Shown here piece after piece: positions 1 through 9,629 of a stretch of 64,000 nt of DNA (within the stretch, counting starts at the first letter, position 1; each line of letters starts with the position of its first letter). The DNA comes from Winogradskyella sp. GTDB taxonomy: Bacteria > Bacteroidota > Bacteroidia > Flavobacteriales > Flavobacteriaceae. The notes beneath the pieces were generated by a model that did no database searches, was not told the origin of the DNA, and saw nothing but the letters and a program-made list of their open reading frames with translations. The stretch spans positions 905-64,904 of the forward strand of contig JASBSA010000029.1 of the NCBI GenBank assembly GCA_030149175.1, written 5' to 3'. The position numbers were made by a program, and so were the translations under genes.

Positions 1-638
1 GTTACAAATTGATTTCCTGGACCAAAGATTTTATACACTTGCGGAATAGTTTCAGTTCCAAATGTTAATCCAGCAATCGCTTGAATACCACCAACTTTTA
101 TGATTTTTGTTACACCGCAAAGTTGAGCTACATACAAAATTTCGTTCGCAATTTTACCGTCTTTATTTGGTGGCGAACATAACACAACTTCTTTACAACC
201 AGCGATATTTGCTGGAATGGCTAGCATTAAAACTGTTGAAAATAAAGGCGCTGTACCAGCAGGAATATAAATTCCAACTTTTTGTATGGCACGTTTTTCT
301 TGCCAACAGGTAATTCCGATAGATGTTTCTACACTTACCTTTTCTGTTTTTTGTGCTTTGTGGAACTTTTCAATATTTGACTTTGCTTGGTTAATTGCAG
401 CTTTTAGTTCTGATGATAATTTGGAAGATGCCTCTTCGATCTCTTGAGCAGTTACAAGATTAGATTGTAAATCTGCACCATCAAATAAGCTAGTATACTT
501 TTTTATTGCAGCATCACAATTACGTTGTACATCTTCAAAAATTTGATTTACCGTACTTTCTATATCGTTAACGGTTTGTGTTGGTCGTTTTAAAAGTTCT
601 GACCACGTGTTTTTATTTGGATATTTTATTGTTTTCAT
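1..638 (-). CDS. hisD: Histidinol dehydrogenase, 5' part (runs off window; not in ORF track)
   Basis: Manual translation MKTIKYPNKNTWSELLKRP...VGIYIPAGTAPLFSTVLMLAIPA...GGIQAIAGLTFGTETIPQVYKIFGPGNQFV shows HisD motifs; lies downstream of hisG. Alternative ATG at 644. Confidence 0.95.
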   Translation of the reverse strand, partial: MKTIKYPNKNTWSELLKRPTQTVNDIESTVNQIFEDVQRNCDAAIKKYTSLFDGADLQSNLVTAQEIEEASSKLSSELKAAINQAKSNIEKFHKAQKTEKVSVETSIGITCWQEKRAIQKVGIYIPAGTAPLFSTVLMLAIPANIAGCKEVVLCSPPNKDGKIANEILYVAQLCGVTKIIKVGGIQAIAGLTFGTETIPQVYKIFGPGNQFV

Positions 639-640
639 AT

Positions 641-665
641 TCATTTCCCACGAAAGTGGGAATCT
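641..665. repeat. REP-like palindrome (TTCCCAC-GAAA-GTGGGAA)
   Basis: 7-bp stem with GAAA loop followed by TCT; related copy at 1684-1705. Confidence 0.7.
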
Positions 666-710
666 TTTTTAGTGTTGTTGTGTTATTAAGTTTTTGCTTA
701 TAGACTAAAA

Positions 711-739
711 GGTCTTCGACTAGCTCAGTCTGACAATTA
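711..739 (-). repeat. REP-like element (minus: TTGTCAGACTGAGCTAGTCGAAGACC)
   Basis: GTCA foot plus CTGAGC..GTCGAAG core; shares TGACAATTA end with the next element. Confidence 0.6.
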
Positions 740-748
740 TATTTCAAT

Positions 749-780
749 GAGATGCTGAATCAAGTTCAGCATGACAATTA
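749..780 (-). repeat. REP-like palindrome (minus: TTGTCATGCTGAACTTGATTCAGCATCTC)
   Basis: 8-bp stem ATGCTGAA/TTCAGCAT with 5-nt loop and GTCA foot. Confidence 0.7.
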
Positions 781-781
781 C

Positions 782-1639
782 TTAAAGCACCATATTTTCA
801 ATCGGACAAACTAATATGCCTTCTGCTCCATTTGCTTTTAATTCGTCAATAATTTCCCAAAAATCATTTTTATTGATTACGGAATGTAATGAACTCCAAC
901 CTTCTTCAGCTAATGGTAAAACGGTTGGACTTTTCATTCCTGGTAAAATATTTATAATGTCATCAACTTTGTTATTTGGTGCGTTAAGTAAGACGTAACG
1001 TGAGTTTCTTGCTTTTAAAACCGATTGTAATCTAAATTGAAGTTTATTTAAAATGACTTGATTTTCAGGTGAAATTTGAGGTGAAACTGCTAGAACAGCT
1101 TCCGATTTTAAAATGATATCAACTTCTTTAAGGTTATTTTTAAATAAGGTGCTTCCGCTAGACACAATGTCTACAATTGCATCTGCTAAACCAATGTTTG
1201 GAGCAATTTCTACAGAACCGTTAATGATGTGCAAATTAGCGTTAACATTGTTGTCTTTTAAAAATTGATTTACTGTGTTTGGATACGAAGTAGCGATGCG
1301 TTTTCCTTCTAAATCTTTAATGGATTTATAGCTTTTTCCTTTTGGAATTGCTACAGACACCTTACAGCTAGAAAATCCTAATTTCTCTGCGATAGTGATG
1401 TCTTGTCCTTTTTCTACCAAAACGTTTTCACCAATAATGGCTACGTCTACAACGCCATCTATTAAATACTGTGGAATATCTCCGTTACGTAAATAAAAGA
1501 CTTCTAAAGGAAAGTTTTTAGCTGAAGCTTTGAGTTGGTCTTTACCGTTATCGATAGCGATACCAACGTCTTTGAGGATTTTCATCGAATCCTCGTTTAA
1601 TCGTCCTGATTTTTGAATTGCAATTTTTAGTTTACTCAT
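782..1639 (-). CDS. hisG: ATP phosphoribosyltransferase (long form)
   Basis: KIAIQKSGRL, RIATSYP, GSVEIAPNIGLADAIVDIVSSGSTL motifs; C-terminal regulatory domain. Confidence 0.97.
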   Translation of the reverse strand: MSKLKIAIQKSGRLNEDSMKILKDVGIAIDNGKDQLKASAKNFPLEVFYLRNGDIPQYLIDGVVDVAIIGENVLVEKGQDITIAEKLGFSSCKVSVAIPKGKSYKSIKDLEGKRIATSYPNTVNQFLKDNNVNANLHIINGSVEIAPNIGLADAIVDIVSSGSTLFKNNLKEVDIILKSEAVLAVSPQISPENQVILNKLQFRLQSVLKARNSRYVLLNAPNNKVDDIINILPGMKSPTVLPLAEEGWSSLHSVINKNDFWEIIDELKANGAEGILVCPIENMVL

Positions 1640-1683
1640 TTTTCTTTTTTAGTTAAAAGTGTTTGAGTAAATCTTTTTGGATA

Positions 1684-1705
1684 AGATTCCTGTTTTCACA
1701 GGAAT
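1684..1705. repeat. REP-like palindrome (minus: ATTCCTGTGAAAACAGGAATCT)
   Basis: ATTCCTG/CAGGAAT stem; same layout as 641-665. Confidence 0.55.
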
Positions 1706-1737
1706 AAAAAAACCGCTTGATTTACTCAAACGGTTTT
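1705..1737 (-). terminator. his attenuator terminator
   Basis: Minus strand AAAACCGTTTGA-GTAAA-TCAAGCGGTTTTTTT: hairpin plus U-tract between leader and hisG. Confidence 0.85.
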
Positions 1738-1767
1738 AAAAATATCTTGGTTTTATTCAATACATTT

Positions 1768-1824
1768 TCAGCTCGCTTGAGTGCAAGTATGAAAATAATG
1801 ATGATGTAATTGAATAAAAGTCAT
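1768..1824 (-). CDS. hisL: his operon leader peptide MTFIQLHHHYFHTCTQAS
   Basis: 18-codon ORF with 4 His codons (3 tandem) upstream of the terminator; its ACTCAAGCG can pair with the terminator 5' arm CGTTTGAGT. Confidence 0.88.
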   Translation of the reverse strand: MTFIQLHHHYFHTCTQAS

Positions 1825-1904
1825 GTCTTGTTTTCTTATTTACAAAGATTGTAAATTAAATTTTACAAATCCAAATCAATTTCAATTTTTATGAAAAATT
1901 TAAA

Positions 1905-2726
1905 CTATTGGTTTCCTAAAATAATAGGCATTCCGCTATCTCCAGAACCGATAATAACTACTTTACTATTAGGCGATTCAGCTAATTTATTTGTTGCTTC
2001 AATACCTTTATCTTGTAATATTTTGTCGGTTAAGGATGCACTTAAAATTTTGTTCGCCTGTGCTTTACCTTCTGCTTCAATGATTTGTCGTTCGGCCTCT
2101 TTTTCTGCAGTAACCAATCTAAACTCATATTCTAAAGATTCTTGTTCCTGTTTAAGTTTACGCTCAATAGCATCTTTGATAGTTGGTGGTAAAGTAACAT
2201 CACGCACAAGAATTTCATCTAGAACAATGTATTGATCATCAACGATTTTTTTAGTTTCTTCAAAAATTTCTTTCTGAATGGCGTCTCGCTTACTAGAGTA
2301 TAATTGTTCTGGCGTATAACGACCAACCACACTACGTGCAGCAGATCTTATGGTGGGCAGAATAATTCTATTTAGGTAATTCTCGCCTATTTCTTGATGT
2401 AATTTCCCTAAATTCTTCTCATCAGGTTTGTACCAAGCAGAAGCATCCAATTGAATATCCAATCCGTTTGAAGAAAGCACCTTCATTTTTTCGAAAATTT
2501 CTTGTCTACGCACTTCGTAAACATACACTTTGTTCCACGGTGCGACAATATGAAATCCTTCTCCCAAAGGTGGCTCATCAGTAACAACACCTCCACCAAA
2601 GGTTTTATAAAGTACTCCTGCTTCACCTGAGCCGATAGTAACAGCCGATTTTGCAATAATGATAATTAAAAGAACAATTCCGACTAAAATTGGTAATCCT
2701 ATTTTTGGTAATTTTTCCATTTTCAA
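1905..2726 (-). CDS. SPFH/prohibitin (Band 7) membrane protein
   Basis: N-terminal TM; EGFHIVAPW, RSAARSVVGRY, AEKEAERQIIEAEG coiled coil. Start may be ATG at 2720. Confidence 0.9.
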   Translation of the reverse strand: MKMEKLPKIGLPILVGIVLLIIIIAKSAVTIGSGEAGVLYKTFGGGVVTDEPPLGEGFHIVAPWNKVYVYEVRRQEIFEKMKVLSSNGLDIQLDASAWYKPDEKNLGKLHQEIGENYLNRIILPTIRSAARSVVGRYTPEQLYSSKRDAIQKEIFEETKKIVDDQYIVLDEILVRDVTLPPTIKDAIERKLKQEQESLEYEFRLVTAEKEAERQIIEAEGKAQANKILSASLTDKILQDKGIEATNKLAESPNSKVVIIGSGDSGMPIILGNQ

Positions 2727-2731
2727 AGTTT

Positions 2732-4765
2732 TTATATTAATCCGTTATACTTTCTAATAAACCACTCAACAAATAAGCTTAAAGCTATTAGTACAAGTAG
2801 ATATTTCCAGTCTATCAAAGGTACAACATTTTTAGTGCTTTTTTGAATAGTTGCATATCTGTTGTCTGAAAGCAATTCTGAAATTAAATTATCTGTTTCA
2901 TCAAAAAAGATAGCGTTGCCCTCACTATTTTCCGCTAAGGCCTTGAGCTTTTCTACATCTGCATTTAAAAACTGTTGTTCAACATTGTATTCTAAAACTT
3001 CAAAATTGCCTGAAGCGGCAATGGATTCCTTATTATGCTTTATTGTAAAGTTGTAAACTCCAGCCTCTATGCCACTTAAATCTACACTGTAATTGCCATT
3101 ATTTAATAAAAGTGGGACTTCTCTAATATTGCCGTTGTCTTTATTTTTAAGAATTATTGTCAGTGCAGCCGAATTATCAAATTCATAGTTTTTATTGAAA
3201 TACTGTGCTGAAATGATGACATCATCATTACCGTTGTAAAACGACTTGTAATCAATATTAAGTCGACTTCTTTTTTTAGAAGAGCTAAGATATTGTACTA
3301 ATTTCCCAATAAAATTATCGAAATCATTAAAGCTCTCAGACTCTAAAAAAGATTGTGCTCTCCACCTCCAGATACCTTCACCAGATAACAGTGCATGCTT
3401 TGTGTTATTAACTTCGAAAGTAGATAACATTGGTTGATTAGTGTCTATACCATTTACCGTTTTAGATAAAATAACGTCGTTGGGCACGCTAAATTCAATT
3501 GTACCAAATTCTGATTGTAACGGTGGGTAATCCTCAAAACTTAAATTATCAATGATAAATGTATTGTAATTTCTATTTAATTGCGGTTGAAAATCTTCTG
3601 ATTGATTGGTCACAGTCTGTTTGAAAGCAGATTGTAAATTGTTTAATAAACTAAAGTTTGTTGTATTACCTGTAATTATAAAACTATTTAAATTTTGACT
3701 GGAAATTTCCTTTAAAACGTTATTGAAATTGTTTGTAGGTTGATATAAAATAACTAATTGATAATCATTTATTTTAGTGGAATAGTCTTGAGGTTTAAGA
3801 ATATCTACATTGCGCTGTTCGTTGCTTTCTATCGACTTTTTAATGGCACCTAAATCTGGGTGAATAATATCCGAAACAAGAGCAATATTGGTTTTTTGAT
3901 CTATGACTTCTACACCAAAATTTTTAGAATTATTTACAGTATTTTTTTCTTGAGATAATGGTACTAATTCTGCTCTGTATGTTTTTACACCTACCGAGTT
4001 TGCTGGTAGTGTTGTGGTAACAATTTCAGACGTTTTTGTGGCATCAAATTGAATTGATTTTCTAAAAACCATAGAATTACCAGACCATATTTTAATTTCT
4101 GTTACCACAGGTTCTGACCCATTATAATTTGCTATTATTTCAACAGGAAACTTGTTTTTTAAAAATACATAGCGATTAACGTTGAGTTGTTTGATGCTTA
4201 AATCTGTATATATTGTAGAGTCCCCTAAAATCACTGGATAAATTGGTTGTTTTACCGAACTTGAAACAAAGCTATAATCTGTACCATAGGTTTGGTTTCC
4301 ATCACTTAACAATACAATTGGTGCAACTTGGTTTGAGTATACCTCTCCTATTTGTTTTAGGGCATTTGAAATATTAGATTGGTGCTCTAAAAAGTTTAAA
4401 GAATCTAGTGGTTTAAAAGATTTTCCAAAACTATAGGTTTCAATATTAAATCGTTTGTTAACCTCAGGGTTGTCTGTTATTGATTTTAAAATGTTGTTTA
4501 CATTTTTGTCTTGATCTAAATAAGAAACAGACTCAGAGTTATCAACAGCTACAACAAGAATTGGCTTTTCATCATAATAAGTATTTGTTTCAAACTTAGG
4601 GTTAATGAGTAGTAGAAGTACTGCAAAAAAAGACACAGTCCGTAACATAGTTAATGTAGCCTTAAGCTTAGTATTCAGCTTAGATTTATAAACATATTGA
4701 AACAGCGCTAATAAAAGCGCTGTTATAAATGCTAGAATAATATAGAATACGCTACTTTCTGTCAA
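2732..4765 (-). CDS. vWA-domain membrane protein
   Basis: Two N-terminal TMs, VDNSES MIDAS-like motif, LLSDGNQT, C-terminal TM ending EWFIRK. Confidence 0.8.
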   Translation of the reverse strand: MTESSVFYIILAFITALLLALFQYVYKSKLNTKLKATLTMLRTVSFFAVLLLLINPKFETNTYYDEKPILVVAVDNSESVSYLDQDKNVNNILKSITDNPEVNKRFNIETYSFGKSFKPLDSLNFLEHQSNISNALKQIGEVYSNQVAPIVLLSDGNQTYGTDYSFVSSSVKQPIYPVILGDSTIYTDLSIKQLNVNRYVFLKNKFPVEIIANYNGSEPVVTEIKIWSGNSMVFRKSIQFDATKTSEIVTTTLPANSVGVKTYRAELVPLSQEKNTVNNSKNFGVEVIDQKTNIALVSDIIHPDLGAIKKSIESNEQRNVDILKPQDYSTKINDYQLVILYQPTNNFNNVLKEISSQNLNSFIITGNTTNFSLLNNLQSAFKQTVTNQSEDFQPQLNRNYNTFIIDNLSFEDYPPLQSEFGTIEFSVPNDVILSKTVNGIDTNQPMLSTFEVNNTKHALLSGEGIWRWRAQSFLESESFNDFDNFIGKLVQYLSSSKKRSRLNIDYKSFYNGNDDVIISAQYFNKNYEFDNSAALTIILKNKDNGNIREVPLLLNNGNYSVDLSGIEAGVYNFTIKHNKESIAASGNFEVLEYNVEQQFLNADVEKLKALAENSEGNAIFFDETDNLISELLSDNRYATIQKSTKNVVPLIDWKYLLVLIALSLFVEWFIRKYNGLI

Positions 4766-4769
4766 TGAC

Positions 4770-5306
4770 TTATTGTTTTACATTAATTATATCAAATGCA
4801 TCTAAAAACTTATTTAAATTTTCAGAATTAAGACTTCCTTCCATGGCTATAACTTGAGTTACATACATAACATTATCAACTAAATAGGCATTCATAAATA
4901 ACTCCATTCCTGTTGTAGTAATCTTTATTTTTCGACCTGGATAACCGTTTAATGAAATATTTTCATCAGATTCTAAAGTTCCATTAACATTGGTTACTGC
5001 ACCATTTACAGCACCATCTAGTACAGATTTTACTTTTTCATCTGATATATCTGAAAACTGATCCTCAGGATAGTCACTTCTTATAACACCATAATAAACG
5101 TTATCTCCTGTGGTTGAAGAAGAATAAGCAACCATATGCATATCTAACTCACCTACAGCAGTTTGTAATTGTTGAACTGTTCGTTCTGGAGTTCCAGGGA
5201 ATTCTGCCACAAAAGCAAGATCTTCGGATTTATATTTCTCCCAATCTTGAGCCGTTACTGTAAAAACAGAAATAAATAAAAAGATGGATGATAAAAACAA
5301 TTTCAT
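4770..5306 (-). CDS. Exported hypothetical protein
   Basis: Signal-peptide-like N-terminus (…TVTA-QD); 178 aa; co-oriented with neighbours. Confidence 0.7.
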   Translation of the reverse strand: MKLFLSSIFLFISVFTVTAQDWEKYKSEDLAFVAEFPGTPERTVQQLQTAVGELDMHMVAYSSSTTGDNVYYGVIRSDYPEDQFSDISDEKVKSVLDGAVNGAVTNVNGTLESDENISLNGYPGRKIKITTTGMELFMNAYLVDNVMYVTQVIAMEGSLNSENLNKFLDAFDIINVKQ

Positions 5307-5349
5307 GGTTAAAATATTTAATTATAAAATTTAGTGTACTAAGCAGGCA

Positions 5350-6096
5350 TTATGTTAACATACCTCCATCTACATTTAGGGTCTGCCCGGTGACGTAAGC
5401 ACTCATGTCACTTGCTAAAAATACACAGGCATTTGCGATATCTTCTGGAGTTCCTCCACGTTTTAATGGAATTGCAGCTCTCCAACCTTTAACTGTATCT
5501 TCATCTAATTTTGCAGTCATTTCAGTTTCGATAAATCCTGGTGCAATCACATTACTTCTAATATTTCTCGAACCTAACTCTAAAGCAACAGACTTAGAAA
5601 AACCAATGATACCAGCTTTAGAAGCTGCATAATTGGTTTGTCCTGCATTACCCTTGACACCAACTACAGAACTCATATTAATGATTGAGCCTTTTCGTTG
5701 CTTAAGCATTGTACGTTGAACAGCCTTGGTCATATTAAATACGGACTTTAAATTTACTTCAATAACTTTATCAAAGTCCTCCTCTCCCATTCGCATTAAT
5801 AAATTATCCTTTGTGATACCTGCATTATTTACCAATATATCAATTGAGCCAAACTCTGCTACAACGTCATCTGCTAATTTTTGCGCTTCCTCAAAACTTG
5901 CGGCATTACTTTGGTAGCCTTTAGCTTTGATTCCTTTACTATTCAGTTCTTTTTCTAGTTCATTTGCTGCTTCAACAGAAGAACTGTATGTAAATGCCAC
6001 GTTAGCGCCATGATCTGCAAAAATTTCAGCAATGCCTTTACCGATACCTCTACTAGCACCTGTAACTATGGCTGTTTTGCCTTCTAATAATTTCAT
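5350..6096 (-). CDS. fabG: 3-oxoacyl-ACP reductase
   Basis: TGASRGIG, NNAGITKDNLLMRM, YAASK SDR motifs. Confidence 0.95.
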   Translation of the reverse strand: MKLLEGKTAIVTGASRGIGKGIAEIFADHGANVAFTYSSSVEAANELEKELNSKGIKAKGYQSNAASFEEAQKLADDVVAEFGSIDILVNNAGITKDNLLMRMGEEDFDKVIEVNLKSVFNMTKAVQRTMLKQRKGSIINMSSVVGVKGNAGQTNYAASKAGIIGFSKSVALELGSRNIRSNVIAPGFIETEMTAKLDEDTVKGWRAAIPLKRGGTPEDIANACVFLASDMSAYVTGQTLNVDGGMLT

Positions 6097-6141
6097 ATTT
6101 AATAGTGTTGATTAGTTATGTTTGTTTTCTTAGATGTCTTT

Positions 6142-6149
6142 CAAATATA
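6142..6149 (-). promoter_or_regulatory. Bacteroidota -7 promoter box (TATATTTG) for fabG
   Basis: Matches TAnnTTTG, ~46 nt upstream of fabG. Confidence 0.6.
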
Positions 6150-6171
6150 ATAATTACAAATTGCACCAAAT

Positions 6172-6203
6172 AAAAAAACCTTACAAGATTTTGTAAGGTT
6201 TTT
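6172..6203 (-). terminator. Intrinsic terminator after sucD
   Basis: AAAAACCTTACAA-GATT-TTGTAAGGTTTTT inverted repeat with flanking A/T tracts. Confidence 0.8.
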
Positions 6204-6223
6204 AACAGTTTATGATAAAGTTA

Positions 6224-7096
6224 TTAGCCTAAAACTTCAGCTACTTTCTTTCCTATTTCAGCAGGAGAATCTACAACGTGAATTCCACATGCTCTCATAA
6301 TTTTCTTTTTTGCTTGCGCAGTATCATCACTACCACCTACGATAGCTCCAGCATGACCCATTGTACGACCAGCAGGTGCAGTTTCACCAGCTATAAATCC
6401 AACTATAGGTTTTTTACTTCCGCTAGCTTTGTACCAGTTGGCAGCATCAGCTTCTAGTTGACCACCAATTTCTCCAATCATGACTACTGCTTCAGTTTCT
6501 GGATCATTAATTAAAAGTTCTACAGCTTGTTTGGTTGTAGTACCTATAATTGGATCACCACCTATACCGATGGCCGTTGTAATACCCAATCCTTGTTTTA
6601 CAACTTGGTCTGCAGCCTCATAGGTTAATGTACCAGATTTTGAAACAATACCAACTTTACCAGATTTAAAAACAAATCCTGGCATAATACCAACTTTAGC
6701 TTCACCTGGAGTAATAACACCAGGACAGTTAGGACCAACTAATCTACAGTCTTTATCTTTAATATAATCTGCAGCTTTTACCATATCAGCTACAGGTATA
6801 CCTTCAGTAATTGTAATAATAACTTTGATTCCAGCATCAGCAGCTTCCATAATTGCATCAGCAGCAAATGCTGGTGGAACAAAAATAATCGTAGTATCTG
6901 CTCCTGCTTTTTCAACCGCTTCTGCAACAGTATTGAAAACTGGTTTTCCAAGATGTTCTTGGCCACCTTTTCCTGGTGTTACACCACCTACGACATTTGT
7001 TCCATATTCGATCATCTGACCTGCATGAAATGTACCTTCACTACCTGTAAAACCTTGAACAATGATTTTAGAATCTTTATTTACTAAAACGCTCAT
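6224..7096 (-). CDS. sucD: Succinyl-CoA synthetase alpha subunit
   Basis: [34 protein letters not shown] motifs. Confidence 0.97.
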   Translation of the reverse strand: MSVLVNKDSKIIVQGFTGSEGTFHAGQMIEYGTNVVGGVTPGKGGQEHLGKPVFNTVAEAVEKAGADTTIIFVPPAFAADAIMEAADAGIKVIITITEGIPVADMVKAADYIKDKDCRLVGPNCPGVITPGEAKVGIMPGFVFKSGKVGIVSKSGTLTYEAADQVVKQGLGITTAIGIGGDPIIGTTTKQAVELLINDPETEAVVMIGEIGGQLEADAANWYKASGSKKPIVGFIAGETAPAGRTMGHAGAIVGGSDDTAQAKKKIMRACGIHVVDSPAEIGKKVAEVLG

Positions 7097-7194
7097 TTGA
7101 TATTGTTATTTTTAAGTTTTTATAATTTTAAGCTGCACAAAAATAAGTCTTTTAAAACGTATTTACGAGCCCTTTTTACTTTTTCTATATGGAA

Positions 7195-8130
7195 TTATAA
7201 ATCTTTTAATTTTTGAAGAATTTCAGGGATTTTCTTAATAGATGCTATTTCTTTATACTTAGATCTAAAATCATCTGCAGGAATACCAAAATAGCTCTTA
7301 TGACCCTCTAATGACTTGCTTACTCCTGCTTTTGCAGAGATGACTGCCTTGGTTCCAATGGTTACGCCACTGGTAATACCAACTTGTCCCCAAATAGTGA
7401 CCTCATCTTCTATTACAGTACAACCAGCAATACCTACATGAGATGCGATTAAACATTTTTTGCCTACGACAGTATCATGTCCTATTTGAACCTGATTATC
7501 AATTTTAGTGCCTTCTTTTATGGTAGTATCTCCAGTAACACCTTTGTCTATAGTACAGCCAGCACCAATATCTACATTATTTTCTATAACAACACGACCA
7601 CCAGAAATTAACTGATCAAACCCTTCAGGACGCTTTTTGTAATAAAATGCACTTCCGCCTAAAACTGTGTTCGCATGAATTATGACATTGTCACCAATAA
7701 CTGCATCGTCATAAATACTAACGTTAGAATGTATAATGCAATTCTTACCTATTGTTACATTATGACCAATAAAACAATTTGGTTGAATAATGGTGCCTTC
7801 ACCTATTTTAGCATCTTCAGCTACTGTAACATTGGCTGATTTGAAAGGCTTGAAATGAAGTGTTAACTTATTGAAATCTCTAAAAGGATCATCTGAAATT
7901 AGCAGTGCTTTTCCTTCAGGACATTCCACCTCTTTATTGATTAATACAATGGTAGCATGAGATTGAAGCGCTTTATCATAGTATTTAGGGTGATCTACAA
8001 AAACTATGTCGCCTGGTTCTACAACATGTATTTCATTCATTCCTAAAACAGGAAAGTCATCTTGGCCAACATAATCCGTACCAATTAGGTTGGCTATTTC
8101 TTTTAATGAATATTGTCTAGGAAATTTCAA
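7195..8130 (-). CDS. LpxD-family N-acyltransferase (second paralog)
   Basis: LpxD N-domain plus hexapeptide repeats; [18 protein letters not shown]. Confidence 0.85.
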   Translation of the reverse strand: MKFPRQYSLKEIANLIGTDYVGQDDFPVLGMNEIHVVEPGDIVFVDHPKYYDKALQSHATIVLINKEVECPEGKALLISDDPFRDFNKLTLHFKPFKSANVTVAEDAKIGEGTIIQPNCFIGHNVTIGKNCIIHSNVSIYDDAVIGDNVIIHANTVLGGSAFYYKKRPEGFDQLISGGRVVIENNVDIGAGCTIDKGVTGDTTIKEGTKIDNQVQIGHDTVVGKKCLIASHVGIAGCTVIEDEVTIWGQVGITSGVTIGTKAVISAKAGVSKSLEGHKSYFGIPADDFRSKYKEIASIKKIPEILQKLKDL

Positions 8131-8161
8131 ACTATATAATTTTGAGTATGAGGAATGACAA

Positions 8162-8728
8162 TTATTCTTTGATACGCTCTTTATAAGTCCCTTTTTCGGT
8201 CTCTATTTTAATCTTGTCTCCTTCATTAATAAACAAAGGTACATTGACTTCGGCTCCAGTCTCTACAGTTGCAGGTTTTGTGGCGTTTGTGGCTGTATTT
8301 CCTTTTACACCTGGCTCAGTGTGCGTAACTTCTAAAATTACAGTAGCAGGCATATCTACAGACAATGGCATATTATCCTCAGTATTAATTTGAATAGTTA
8401 CAATTTCACCTTCTTTCATTAAGTCTGCTCTATCTAATGCAGATTCTAACAACCTAATCTGCGTGTAATCTGCTTCATTCATAAAATGATAGAATTCACC
8501 ATCATTATATAAATATTGAAATTTATGTGTTTCAACACGTACGTCTTCAATTTTGTGTCCTGCAGAAAAGGTATTGTCAATCACTTTTCCAGTGGTAACG
8601 CTCTTTAATTTTGTTCTCACAAAAGCAGGACCTTTACCTGGTTTTACATGTAAAAACTCTACTATTTTGTAAATATCATTGTTGTATCTAATACATAATC
8701 CATTACGAATATCTGATGTACTTGCCAT
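8162..8728 (-). CDS. efp: Elongation factor P
   Basis: [14 protein letters not shown]; PGVKGNTA…KPATVETG. Confidence 0.98.
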   Translation of the reverse strand: MASTSDIRNGLCIRYNNDIYKIVEFLHVKPGKGPAFVRTKLKSVTTGKVIDNTFSAGHKIEDVRVETHKFQYLYNDGEFYHFMNEADYTQIRLLESALDRADLMKEGEIVTIQINTEDNMPLSVDMPATVILEVTHTEPGVKGNTATNATKPATVETGAEVNVPLFINEGDKIKIETEKGTYKERIKE

Positions 8729-8747
8729 TATATTTTTTATTTCTTAA

Positions 8748-9533
8748 TTAATTTGATTTAAAGTAGCCTTTCATAATTCCGCGATGCGAATTCTTTATAA
8801 ACTGAAGAATTTCATCACGTTCTGGTGTGGCTTCCATTTCGGCTTCTATAATTTCAGAAGCTTGGGTGTTGTTATAATTTTTTTGGTAAAGAATTCTGTA
8901 TATATCTTGAATTTCTCTAATTTTTTCTGTTGTAAAACCTCTTCGTCTTAGACCTACAGAGTTGATTCCTACATAAGACAATGGCTCACGTGCAGCTTTA
9001 ACGTATGGCGGAACATCTTTTCTAACTAGAGATCCACCTGTGACAAAAGCATGATTACCAATAGAACAAAACTGATGAACAGCTGTCATACCTGCTAAAA
9101 CTACGTAATCACCTACTGTAATATGCCCAGCAAGTGTACTATTGTTTGAAAAAATACAGTTATCGCCAACAATACAATCGTGTGCGATATGGCAATATGC
9201 CATTATAAGACAATTGTTTCCAATAACCGTTTTCATTTTGTCTGTTGTACCACGATTTATTGTTACGCATTCTCTAATGGTCACATTATCACCGATTTCT
9301 ACTGTGGTATCTTCGTCATTATATTTTAAGTCTTGAGGAACGGCTGATATTACAGCTCCAGGAAAAATATTACAATTCTTGCCTATCCTTGCCCCTTCCA
9401 TAATAGTGACATTACTTCCTATCCAAGTACCTTCACCAATTTTTACATTATTATGAATTGTTGTAAAAGGTTCTATAACTACATTCTTTGCTATTTTTGC
9501 TCCAGGATGTACGTATGCTAAAGGTTGATTCAT
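8748..9533 (-). CDS. lpxA: UDP-GlcNAc O-acyltransferase
   Basis: PQDLKY, IRECVTINRGT, HIAHDC, LAGH, VHQF. Confidence 0.97.
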   Translation of the reverse strand: MNQPLAYVHPGAKIAKNVVIEPFTTIHNNVKIGEGTWIGSNVTIMEGARIGKNCNIFPGAVISAVPQDLKYNDEDTTVEIGDNVTIRECVTINRGTTDKMKTVIGNNCLIMAYCHIAHDCIVGDNCIFSNNSTLAGHITVGDYVVLAGMTAVHQFCSIGNHAFVTGGSLVRKDVPPYVKAAREPLSYVGINSVGLRRRGFTTEKIREIQDIYRILYQKNYNNTQASEIIEAEMEATPERDEILQFIKNSHRGIMKGYFKSN

Positions 9534-9629
9534 TTTCGGAATTTTATTTTTGATAAATAGGTGAAAATGTGTTCGCCTATTAACATATTATGAACGATTT
9601 GAAAATTAATATTCGTTCGGTTCGGTTCA

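Noticed and set aside
107-313. 68-aa plus-strand ORF and the many other short track ORFs lying antisense to or inside long genes (e.g. 1891-2235, 31277-32938, 60680-61036, 62931-63215)
   Set aside because: They are shadows of well-supported genes, with no recognisable motifs or independent signals.
1838-1856. ATTTACAA-AGA-TTGTAAAT dyad upstream of the his leader
   Set aside because: Very AT-rich single instance with spacing different from the 55.3 kb motif; cannot be separated from chance.
9591-9629. GAACGA/TCGTTC inverted pair and GTTCG triplet between lpxC-fabZ and lpxA
   Set aside because: Short stem, long loop and no U-tract; no function can be supported.
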